A DNA stretch of 32,000 nt from an archaeon (lineage in GTDB: Archaea > Iainarchaeota > Iainarchaeia > Iainarchaeales > 1-14-0-10-31-34). Position numbers and translations under genes: made by a program. The DNA lies in NCBI GenBank assembly GCA_024277355.1, contig JAJRVL010000001.1, positions 90,001 to 122,000 on the forward strand. Reading direction: 5' to 3'. Under the pieces are notes generated by a model that was not told where the DNA came from, searched no databases, and worked only from the letters and a program-made list of their open reading frames with translations. Position 1 is the stretch's first letter, and the number at the start of each line of letters is the position of its first letter. Positions 1-9,500 of this stretch are shown here, in pieces.

Positions 1-489
1 TAAATAAAGCAAAGTTTTAACAAATTCTTTTGAACAAGAAGCATATTTTTCATTCTGCATTTTTTCTTTTTCTTTTCTTATTTCTGAAAGCAAAGTAATG
101 TAAGCTAAAATTGGATCAAAAGCAATTAATTCATGAGAAATTTTAACTAATAAGTCATGCCTTAAACCAAAAAATTTTTCACAGTCGCTTCCTGTTTTGC
201 CTAAATTGTCCACTCCCCATAAATTTTCTAATTCAAATTTTGGAACCAACTCTGAAATTTCTTTTAATAATTTAGTTTGCTTTTCATTGTAAACTCTTTC
301 ATAAACTTCAGCCAACACAATCAAATCTGCTTCAACCTGAGACAAAATTGAAATTACATGATAACGGCATGCTTTATCATCAGTTAAAGAAGAAGAATAA
401 ACACAATTCCTGCAGTCAAAAATTAAATGTCTTTTTCCGCCTGATTCTTTAACTGCATAGTCGCCTACTTCAAAGTTCCCTATCTTCAT
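1..489 (-). CDS. Hypothetical protein, partial (start codon at 489-487, runs off the left window edge). Cys-containing N-terminal domain, possibly the N-domain of an archaeal-type VirB11/PilB-family secretion ATPase (unverified).
   Basis: Manual reverse-strand translation gives ATG at 489-487 followed by 163 sense codons with no stop down to position 1 (MKIGNFEVGDYAVKESGGKRHLIFDCRNCVYSSSLTDDKACRYHVISILSQVEADLIVLAEVYERVYNEKQTKLLKEISEL...). It is missing from the ORF track because it has no stop inside the window. AGGT lies 5 nt upstream, and a TTTAATATAA box (complement of 515-524) lies about 26-35 nt upstream. The functional guess rests only on my recollection of similar CxxC-containing N-domains in archaeal secretion ATPases. 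No ATPase motif is visible in the window. Confidence 0.55.
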   Translation of the reverse strand, partial: MKIGNFEVGDYAVKESGGKRHLIFDCRNCVYSSSLTDDKACRYHVISILSQVEADLIVLAEVYERVYNEKQTKLLKEISELVPKFELENLWGVDNLGKTGSDCEKFFGLRHDLLVKISHELIAFDPILAYITLLSEIRKEKEKMQNEKYASCSKEFVKTLLYL

Positions 490-549
490 TTAAACCTAAA
501 AAAATAGGTGAAACTTATATTAAAGTCTTTCTTAAAAGCAGAACAAATA

Positions 550-650
550 ACAAAATTAATAAACAAACAAAAACATAATTAGAATGAAATGACACCAAAA
601 AGAAAAATATCTAAACCTGTAAAAATAAAAAAATTCTTGTCAGGAGGAAC
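550..650 (+). repeat. Copy 1 of a 101-bp perfect direct repeat, covering the promoter region plus the first 62 nt of the HTH-protein gene
   Basis: Manual alignment shows 550-650 identical to 2453-2553 (offset 1903): acaaaattaataaacaaacaaaaacataattagaatgaaATGacaccaaaaagaaaaatatctaaacctgtaaaaataaaaaaattcttgtcaggaggaac. The flanks mismatch (a549 vs g2452; a651 vs t2554). Confidence 0.9.
556..563 (+). promoter_or_regulatory. TATA-like box (TTAATAAA) about 26-33 nt upstream of the ATG at 589; possible promoter of a leaderless transcript
   Basis: The box sits inside the 101-bp repeat, so it is identical upstream of both HTH genes. No Shine-Dalgarno-like purine motif lies between it and the ATG. 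AT-rich DNA produces such boxes by chance, so confidence is low. Confidence 0.25.
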
Positions 651-1344
651 ACCAGCACAACAAATAGCAAAACAAACAGGATTTTCAGAAAGCAGATTAA
701 ACCAAATAAAAACAAAACTAAAAAAACAAGGAGTTCACTTGCCAAAATATTCTTCAACAAAATGGAAAAGCAACAAAGGAAAGATGTTTCAAACAGCAAA
801 AATAAGAAAAGCACTAATAACCAGTCCAACAAAAAAAACAATCAAAGAATTTTCAACACAACTAAAAACTAGCAAAACTCTAATCTCCGAAGTAATTAAA
901 CAAATTAAAAAAGAGAATGAAATGTTAATAAAAAAAAGTTTAATTCCATTTGAAATTCAAGTGAAAAAACAAAATAAATTAAAATCAAAAAAAATACAAC
1001 TAATAAAAAAATTTTTGTTAGGGGAAACTCCTGTTTCACAAATAATAAAACAAACAGGGTTATCACAAGCCAGAGTAAGTCAAATAAAAATAGAATTAAA
1101 AAAGCAGGGAATTGAAATTCCTAAATATTCTTCAACACAATGGAAGAATTCAAAAGGAGACATTTACAAAATAAATCAAGTAAGAAAAGCATTAATTACT
1201 AATCCAACAAAACAAACACAAAAACAATACTCAAAACAATTAAAAGTTACTGGCGCCACAATTATTAATGCAATTAAACAAATCAAAAAAGAAAACAGAG
1301 AATTAATAAAAAAAAGAATAAAACCTTTTGAAATTCAAATAAAA
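589..1344 (+). repeat. Intragenic tandem duplication (2 x 378 nt) of the double-HTH module
   Basis: At protein level aa 1-126 and aa 127-252 are co-linear with an offset of exactly 126 aa. The paralog at 2492-3442 has only one copy. Confidence 0.8.
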
Positions 1345-1944
1345 TCAGGACGCACAAAACCTATTCCTAAATTAACTAAAAAACAACAAGTATTACTAAA
1401 AGAAGCACAATCTTTTATTGATTACACAATAAACAAGTTTTCCTTCAAACACAAATTCAATACAGAAACAAAACAAGATTTTCAAGCAGAAGTTCAAAGA
1501 CAATTACCAAATATAATTAAAAAATTTAATTCAAAAGAATCATCATTAAAAACATGGGTAACACAAAAAATATATAGAATAAACCAAGATTTTAACATAC
1601 AAAGAGAAACACAAAAAACAGGACTATCAAGAATTGAAACAAAAATTGGAAGAAAAATAGAAGCATTTATTGCAGAGCAAACAAATCAAATACAACAACA
1701 AAAACAAAGACCAACAACATACCAAGAAACACAAAAAATACTTAAAAACGCAATCAAAGAAGTAAACAACACAAAACACTATGCAAAACAAATGCAAGCA
1801 AACCCAAAAAAATTCCCTAAAGGAAAACTCACATTAAAACAAGCAAAACAAATAATAAACGCAAGACAAACACAAAACACACAACAAAACATAGAAAATA
1901 TATACAAAAAAACAAACAAAAAAAATACAGCAAACTACAACTGA
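589..1944 (+). CDS. Lys/Gln/Thr-rich putative DNA-binding protein with a duplicated N-terminal double-HTH module and a sigma-70 region-2-like C-terminal domain
   Basis: 451-aa ATG ORF ending in TGA. Residues 1-126 and 127-252 are tandem copies; IKKFLSGG at aa 13 corresponds to IKKFLLGE at aa 139. Each copy carries an HTH-like segment (GGTPAQQIAKQTGFSESRLNQIKTKLKKQG / GETPVSQIIKQTGLSQARVSQIKIELKKQG) and a second one (TIKEFSTQLKTSKTLISEVIKQIKKEN). The C-terminal segment TETKQDFQAEVQRQLPNIIKKFNSKESSLKTWVTQKIYRINQDFNIQR fits the sigma-70 region 2 pattern (D..QE....L......F......f..WL...I.R). Paralog of 2492-3442. Confidence 0.75.
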   Translation: MTPKRKISKPVKIKKFLSGGTPAQQIAKQTGFSESRLNQIKTKLKKQGVHLPKYSSTKWKSNKGKMFQTAKIRKALITSPTKKTIKEFSTQLKTSKTLISEVIKQIKKENEMLIKKSLIPFEIQVKKQNKLKSKKIQLIKKFLLGETPVSQIIKQTGLSQARVSQIKIELKKQGIEIPKYSSTQWKNSKGDIYKINQVRKALITNPTKQTQKQYSKQLKVTGATIINAIKQIKKENRELIKKRIKPFEIQIKSGRTKPIPKLTKKQQVLLKEAQSFIDYTINKFSFKHKFNTETKQDFQAEVQRQLPNIIKKFNSKESSLKTWVTQKIYRINQDFNIQRETQKTGLSRIETKIGRKIEAFIAEQTNQIQQQKQRPTTYQETQKILKNAIKEVNNTKHYAKQMQANPKKFPKGKLTLKQAKQIINARQTQNTQQNIENIYKKTNKKNTANYN

Positions 1945-1973
1945 CAAAAATAACTCTTAAAAAATTGATTTAA

Positions 1974-2462
1974 ATGAACAAAAACGATGCAGTAAAAGGA
2001 GGAAAATTTTTACTTGAATTAGTTTTAGCTTATGTAATTATTTCCTTATTTTTTTTATTTATTCCATTAGAATTAATTGAATTAATTATAGCAAAAACTG
2101 TTATGATTTTCACAGGCGGAAAAATTGTTTTTCAGGAACCAGTTTTAATTTTATTTGAAAATTTTTCAGTTCAAATAAGTTATTTATGCACAGGCTTAAT
2201 GGAATTTATTTTATTGGCTTCAGCAATAATTGCAACAGCAGGAATCAAAAAAGAAAAAAAAGTTTTGGGAATTGTTGGAGCAGGAATTGCAACTTTTGTT
2301 TTTAATGTAATTAGAATTGTGATAACAATTTCTTTAATTGAAAACACTTCAATAGAAATAATTGAATTAACTCATGATGTTTTATTCAGAATTTCATTAT
2401 TTGTTTTAATTGCAGGATATTATTTTATCTGGTATTACTTTTCAGTGAAAAGACAAAATTAA
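1974..2462 (+). CDS. Exosortase/archaeosortase-family protein, short (162 aa) form
   Basis: Polytopic membrane protein with about 4-5 hydrophobic helices. It carries the family signature residues in the usual order: Cys in VQISYLCTGLMEFILL (C72), Arg in TFVFNVIRIVITI (R114, 42 residues after the Cys), and His/Arg in ELTHDVLFRISLFVLIAG (H134, R139). This matches the C[ST]G ... N..R[IV] ... H pattern of EpsH/exosortase/ArtA proteins as I remember it. Confidence 0.7.
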   Translation: MNKNDAVKGGKFLLELVLAYVIISLFFLFIPLELIELIIAKTVMIFTGGKIVFQEPVLILFENFSVQISYLCTGLMEFILLASAIIATAGIKKEKKVLGIVGAGIATFVFNVIRIVITISLIENTSIEIIELTHDVLFRISLFVLIAGYYFIWYYFSVKRQN

Positions 2463-2553
2463 TAAACAAACAAAAACATAATTAGAATGAAATGACACCA
2501 AAAAGAAAAATATCTAAACCTGTAAAAATAAAAAAATTCTTGTCAGGAGGAAC
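2453..2553 (+). repeat. Copy 2 of the 101-bp perfect direct repeat; it overlaps the last 10 nt of the sortase-like gene
   Basis: Identical to 550-650 by manual alignment. Confidence 0.9.
2459..2466 (+). promoter_or_regulatory. TATA-like box (TTAATAAA) about 26-33 nt upstream of the ATG at 2492
   Basis: Same sequence and spacing as 556-563, as part of the perfect repeat. Confidence 0.25.
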
Positions 2554-3442
2554 TCCTGTTCAACAAATAATAAAACAAACAGGATTATCAGAAAGCAGAA
2601 TAAGTCAAATAAAAACAAAATTACAAAAACAAGGAATTCAAATACCCAAATATTCAAAAACTAACTGGAAAGATTCAAAAGGAAACATATACAAACAAGT
2701 TCGAGCAAGAAAAGCTTTGATTACTAATCCAACAAAACAAACAATCAAAGAATACACAAAACAACTAAACTTTAACACATCAACAATTCAAAATGCAATT
2801 AAGCAAATCAAAAAAGAAAACAGAGAATTAATAAGAAAAGGAATAATGCCTTTAGAAATACAAGTAAAATCAGGATATTTAAAACCTATTCCTAAATTAA
2901 CTAAAAAACAACAAGCAGTATTACAACAAGCACAACCTTTTGTTAGACAAGCAGTTAATAGGCTTTCATTTAAACACAAATTCAATACAGAAACAAAACA
3001 AGATTTTCAGGCTGAAGTTCAAAGACAATTACCAAACATAATAAAAAAATTTAAACCAGAAAAATCACAATTAAACTCTTGGATAACCCAAAAAATATAC
3101 CGAATAAACCAAGAATTTAACATAACAAGAGAAAAACAAAAAACAGGACTATCCACAATTGAAACAAAAATCGGAAAAAAACTAGAAACATTTATACAAA
3201 AACAAACAAACATTCTAGAACAACAACAAAAAAGGAAAATAACTTACCAACAAACACAAAAAATACTACTACAAGCAATCAAAGAATTAAACAACACAAA
3301 ACACTATGCAAAAAGAATGAAAAAAAACTACAAAAAAAGATTCCCTAAAAGAAAACTTACACTAAAAGAAGCAACAGAAATACTAAACGCAAGAAACACA
3401 AGAAACACACAACAAAACACAGAAGACAGAAGGGGCTTGTGA
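2492..3442 (+). CDS. Lys/Gln/Thr-rich putative DNA-binding protein with a single double-HTH module and a sigma-70 region-2-like C-terminal domain (paralog of 589-1944)
   Basis: 316-aa ATG ORF ending in TGA. The first 20 residues are identical to ORF 589. HTH-like segment: GGTPVQQIIKQTGLSESRISQIKTKLQKQG. C-terminal segment: QPFVRQAVNRLSFKHKFNTETKQDFQAEVQRQLPNIIKKFKPEKSQLNSWITQKIYRINQEFNITREKQKTGLSTIETKIGKKLETF, which looks like sigma regions 2 to 3.0. Confidence 0.75.
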   Translation: MTPKRKISKPVKIKKFLSGGTPVQQIIKQTGLSESRISQIKTKLQKQGIQIPKYSKTNWKDSKGNIYKQVRARKALITNPTKQTIKEYTKQLNFNTSTIQNAIKQIKKENRELIRKGIMPLEIQVKSGYLKPIPKLTKKQQAVLQQAQPFVRQAVNRLSFKHKFNTETKQDFQAEVQRQLPNIIKKFKPEKSQLNSWITQKIYRINQEFNITREKQKTGLSTIETKIGKKLETFIQKQTNILEQQQKRKITYQQTQKILLQAIKELNNTKHYAKRMKKNYKKRFPKRKLTLKEATEILNARNTRNTQQNTEDRRGL

Positions 3443-3535
3443 ACTGTTTTTCCACTAAATTTAAATACTACTAAAAACTTATAATTCTGTATATATAACT
3501 AAGTTTGTATATAATATAATTGAAAGGCGAAAAAA

Positions 3536-6500
3536 ATGATTTCAGAAAAACTTGGAGGAATTTATTCTGCATTAGAAAACAAGTTTTTTGGTTTCTTTGA
3601 TTTTTTAGAAGAAAAAGGAATTCCTGTTTATTCAGTTATTGAACCAATAGAAGATAAAGGAATTCCATTTTTTCCTTTAACTATTGCATTAATTGTTTTA
3701 CTGCTTGTAAGTGCTTTTGGTTTTGCTTCTGCTGGCCCTTTTGAAGCAAAAATTGAATTAAACTTAAAAGATTCTTACGGTAATCCTTTAACTCAAGTTA
3801 AAGTTTTAGTTAAAGATAAAACAGGACAAAATTTGTTTTCTGAAACAAAAAATCATGGAGATATGATTTCAATTAATGCTTCAGCAGGAACAGAATTATT
3901 TTTTACAGCAGAAAAACAAGGATATGAAAAAAACACTGCAAAAATAAAAGTAATAAATGAAAGCTCTGAAATTGAATTAACTTTAAAGAAATTAATTAAT
4001 ACTATTAAAGGAAAAATAAAATTTTATGACAAAGAAACAGACACTGCTGTTTCAGGCGTTGTAGTTTTAATTGACTGGAAAGAAAGAAAAGAAGAAAAAA
4101 CAGCAGACACTTCTGGTTTAGTTGAATTTTTAGATATTCCATTAGAAGAAGATATTTTAATTACAGCAAAAAGTGATTCATATTATGAGTATTCAGGAAT
4201 AATTAATTTTGAATCAGAAGAAACAAAATCAGTTTATTTAACTCCAAAAGAAATTGCTTTTGCAGGCGAAAGCAATCTAATAATAACTTTATTTGAAAAA
4301 GAAACAGGCAAATTATTAGAGAATGCAAAAATAAAAGTTTATTCAGACAATGAATTAATAGATGAAAAAATTGTTTCAGACGGAGTTTACTCAGAAAATT
4401 TCCCTAAAGGAATTGTAGTAAGATTTACTGCAGAAAAAGACGGATTTAAGTTATTTGAATCAGACGAATTTACTTTAAGAAGTGAAGAAGAAAATGCAGG
4501 AAGTATTGAATTAGAAACAGGCGGAAAAGAAGTAATAATTAAAGTTGTTTATTCAGATACAAAAAATCCAAGTGTTGGAGCAGAAGTAACTTTATTTAAT
4601 TCACAAAATGAAATCATTAATTCTTTTTTTACTTTATATGAAGGGCAAACAGAATTCAAAGGTTTAGGAGAAGAAGAATACTTTATTGGAGCAGTAAAAG
4701 AAGGTTATCTGCCTGCAATAAAAAGAATTGAAAATGGAACTGAAACACTTGAATTAATAAAAGAAAATGAAAATAATTCAAAACCATTAACTGTATTAAC
4801 AATAAATGAAAACGAAAAAGTAATTGAAAATGCTTCCTTGTTTTTTACTCAGATAATTGAAGGGATCGAAATTCCTTTAGGGTTAGGAATAAGAAAAACT
4901 GATGCTGCAGGAAAATTAAATTTAAATGTTCCGTTAAACGCAGAAATATATGTTAAAGCAGTGAAAGATTTACTGACAGGAAAAGAAAAAATTTTAATTG
5001 GAGAATACAATAATAATTTATTAATTAAAATGGAAAAAAAAGATTCAGTTAAAAGCATTAAATTTTTTGATGAAAAAGGACAAATTGTTCAGGGAAATTT
5101 AGTAATTAAAACAAAAGAAGGAGAAGTATTATTTGACGATGAAATAACTGAAGAAGAAATATTATTTGATGCAGGAAACAAAAATTTTGTTGAAATAGAA
5201 TTGACAACAACAAACAAAACTTATTCAGAAGAAATTAATTTAGAAGGAAAAAAAGACATTAAATTAAATTTTGATTCAACTGTTTACAGCAAAAATGCTC
5301 CTGAAATAGAATTTTTAGGAGTATATGATATTTCAGGAAATGAAATTGAAGGAATAACAAAAGGAAAAGAATATATTTTAAAATTTAAAACTGACTGGAG
5401 TAAAAAAACAGAAAAAGGCGGACTTCATTTTCGAACAGGAAATGATTCAATTAAATATGCAGATTCAGAAGATATTGGAATAACAGGATTTGATGCACCT
5501 GCAGTAAATTATTTTTATGGAAGAACTTATTCAATGACTCCTTCTCCAGGAAACAAAGAAATAGATTATTCAAATAAAGGACAAGGCGGAAAACTCAATA
5601 AATTTGTTGAAATTTATTTTAATAAACCTGAAGGAACAAAAATAATCAAAATAAGAATTAAAGCAAGTGAATTAATTTCAGCTGAAAAAATTAAAGTTAA
5701 ATTCAGAGGATGGACTGAAACAAAAAGCGGGTTTTCAAGAACTCCAATAGATGAAATTATAGGGACAACAAAAGATTCAGGTGAAAGACAGGGATTATAT
5801 GCTGAAACAAAAGAAATTGAATTAAAAGTTTATGATTCAGAACCGGAATGTATTGAAGAAGTCTGTGCTGAATATAATATAATTGATGAAACAGGAAAAG
5901 TTTATGACAAAAAAGACTTTTTTGCTTTAAAAAATAAAGTTTATGCATTAGAATTAAATTTAGAGGCAAGAAAAACAATTCAAGCAAACTTTAAATTAAA
6001 TACTTCAAATGAAAATCCAAGAATTGCTTTTACAGGAAAACAAGTTAATTCATTCAGCCAGTTTATTGACAACGATAACAGCGATACTTTAACTGAATTC
6101 ACTGAAACTGTTTCAAGAAAAGGAACAAAAATAAGAGTTTATTTTAAAGCAAAAGAAAAAGGAGAAAGTTTTATTGATTCACGGATTACTACTTTGAAAG
6201 ATTCAATGCAGGAAAATTTTTATTTTAAAATATTTGAAGAAAAAGAAATGCAGTTAACAATTCCTGAAACAGCAAACCAAGGAAAAGACTTTGAAATAAG
6301 AATTTTAGAAGAAGGAACCGGAATTGAAAATGCAGAAATAAGTTTTTATAATTCACAAGGAAGACTTGAAACAGTAATTATAGGAAATGAATTTAACGGA
6401 AAAAACGGAAGATATAAAATAAAAAATAATTTTAAAGCAGGAAATTATTTAGTTAAAATTACTGCAGACAAATTTAAGACAGAAGAAAAACAAATTTCAG

Positions 6501-9500
6501 TTATTTACGGAAAAGGATTAGAGTTAGAAGAAGAAGTTAAATTAAATATTCCTGCAAATGAATTGTTTGCATCAAAAAGAACAAAAATAAATAATTCTTC
6601 AGGAGAAAGAATTGAAAATTTAAGTTATGAATTAAATGGAAATTTACCAAAAGAATTCAAGTTAAGTGTAAATCTTCCTTTAACATTAAATTCAGGGGAA
6701 GAAACTGAAATAGAATTAATTGCAGAATATTCAGGAAACTCAAATGCAGTTGTTTTTGGAGAAACAGAAATAATAATTACAGGAACAATAAATGAAATTC
6801 CAATAAAAGCTATAACAAAAGCAAAAATTAATTATAATCAAAAGTTAGATGAAAAATGTTTGGAATTTGACAGAAGTGAATTAAAAGAATACTTAATTGG
6901 AGCAGGAGGAAACTCAAAACAAATTGAATTAGGATTAAAAAATAACTGTAATGTTCCATTAGAATTTGAATTAGAATTTAAATCAAAAGGAAATAAAGAT
7001 AACGAAATAGAATTTAATGCAGGAAAAATAAGAATAGAAAAAGACGAAATAAAAAACATTAAAATAGGAGTAATAAACAAAATTCAAAGAAATTATGTCA
7101 ACCAAATAGAATTAGATTATGATATTTATTTTAAGTCAAGCCAGTTAACAAAAACAATTCCAGCTAAAATAATTTTATGGCATGAAAGATATTCTTTAAG
7201 TGTCAGTCCTTCAATTGTTTTATGGTTAACTCAAAGCAAAAAAGGAGAAAAAGCAGTTTCAAGAACTCCAATTTTTATCAGGAATACAGGTTTTACTGAT
7301 ATACAAAATTTAAGTTTTTCATTTCAGTTTACTAAACCAGGAAACACTGAACTAAAAATTTTATGGGGAAACACTCCTCAAAAAAACATTGAAGTATTAG
7401 GAAAAGGAATGGGATTAATTCCTCCAATGATAGTTGAAGCACAAACAAACACAAAAGAAAACCAGATAATAATTGGAAAAATAATTGTAAACGGAGTAAT
7501 TGAAGGCAAACAATATATGTTAAGAGAAATAAACACTTTTATCAATGTAAGTTCAGGATGGAGCTGCTTAGAAGCGTGGTCAGATGACATGCAGTTTTAT
7601 TCAGATAATGCTGAATTTGGAGGTATAGACAAAATACTAAATATAACAAACAATTGTGTTGAACCAGTAATAATTAAAGGACTTGAACCAGAAAAAATCG
7701 GAGGAAATGAAATTAATTTAATTGACAGAGATTACATGCTAAGCCCTGGAGCAAGTGATGGATTTATTGTAAGATTAACAAAACAAGCTGAAGCAAACCA
7801 AAAAACAAAACTAAAAGTAATTGGAATAGGACAAAATTCAAGAAAAACAATTAATTCAATGCCGTTTGAAATAGAAATTGCAATAGGAAAAGGTTCAGGT
7901 TTATGCGGAGACGGAGAAGAACCATGCAAAGCAGAAAATGAAACAACAGTAGAATACTGTGATGAAAGCGGATATGCAACAATGTATTTTCCAAAACAAT
8001 CAAGTAATTGTTCAGAAGGCTACTGCGATGCAGAAGAATTAGGAAAATTTTTAGCAGAAAAATTTCAGGAAGAAATAAGAAAAGCACAATTAAGAATTGC
8101 AGAATTAAAAAGCGTTGAAAATTTAGGAAGCAAATGCGACTACTATAATAATTACTGTTCTTTCGGAGCAATGGGAATTACAACTTCTTCATTTGAATTT
8201 TATTTCAAAAACGACAATTTAAGTCAAGACATGCTAAAAAATGAAATCAAGAAATTGGAAGTTAAGGAATTACAGAATTATTTTATCAGACCTGGAGAAA
8301 CAGAAAATGAATTATATTCTTCAGCAGGAAATTCTTTTGGAGAACACCTATTATTAGTTCCTTCAATCAGAGGATGCGGAAGATATCAAGCAAGAATTTT
8401 AGGCGCAACAGCAACACATGGAAATGAATTCAAAGACAATTCAATTAGTTTGCTTTTAAAAATAGAACCAAGAGAAGAAACGCCGGAATGCTATAACAGA
8501 ATACAAAACTTTATGAATTTCCTTCCATTAAATGAAAGTTATTCCCCAGCAAACAATAAAGGAAGCTGGTTAGGAATAATAATAAAAGATGAAGACCCAG
8601 AAATAGAAGAATTACAACGAAATTTTTCCAGGACTTTATTTAAAGATGAAAAAGGAATAAGAATTACAACAGTAAAACAAAATAATTTCATTACATTAAG
8701 AGAAGGAAACTTTGATTCAACAAAAGGAATAGTAAAAATTGCAATAGAAAGAAAAGGAAAAAGCAATACCCCAAAAGAAATTGACATCTACATAACTGAT
8801 GATTTTTTTAATGCACCAGAAGAAGTAAGAAACGACATTGCTTCTGAAGCAGGAGCAATTATTTCATCATTAAAAAACGGAAGAATAGAAAAAGGATGCA
8901 TTTCAAAAGAATTAGATTACTTGATTTTAGGTTCAGTTACAGACATTACTGAAATTGCCAATATTCAATGGAAAGATAAAACAAAATTAATCAATTTATA
9001 TCCTGATGCATATAGTTGTGCTGACTTAAAACTGCAAAGCAAGATTGAAAGTCCGGAAACAGTTTTAAGTTGGAATTTAGTTAATGAAGAATTACAAGGA
9101 ATACAAAAAACAGAAACAGTTTTGAAATATAAAGATGGAAGAGAAATAACAAACAAAGGAGAAGAAATAATTCCTTTAAACAGAGTTGAATGGACTGAAG
9201 AAGGAAACCTTTATTCTTTTAATTCTGAATTATGCTTTAAAGGTTCAGATAACCCAAGACAAGCAATGGGTTCAAAAATTAAATTAAACGTTGAAGGACT
9301 AAAAGAAAGAACCTTACAGTTTGGAGTTTGTGCTATTACTCCAATTGAATTTATTGAAAGAAGCAGAACAAAAACAAAAATTGGAAAATGGTTTGCTACA
9401 GTTGACTGGAAAAATAAACCAGAAGAATTACCTTTTACTTCAGCTCAAGCACAATATTATTTAGATAACCCAGAACAAAGCCCTGCATTTAAAAGAGATA

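Noticed and set aside
611-3213. Minus-strand ORFs 611-841, 2788-2985 and 3019-3213 inside the HTH genes
   Set aside because: They are antisense of extremely A-rich Lys/Gln coding sequence, giving Phe/Leu/Cys-rich nonsense.
3650-3737. Class III (prepilin) signal in the giants, from K-G / K-S directly before the TM in GP1 (EDKG-IPFFPL) and GP2 (ESKS-IPSFPL)
   Set aside because: GP3 (DKIVPSF) and GP4 (DSIVPSF) lack a Gly/Ala/Ser at -1 with a basic residue at -2. The roughly 45-aa conserved leader is also much longer than typical class III signals. I kept it only as a remark.
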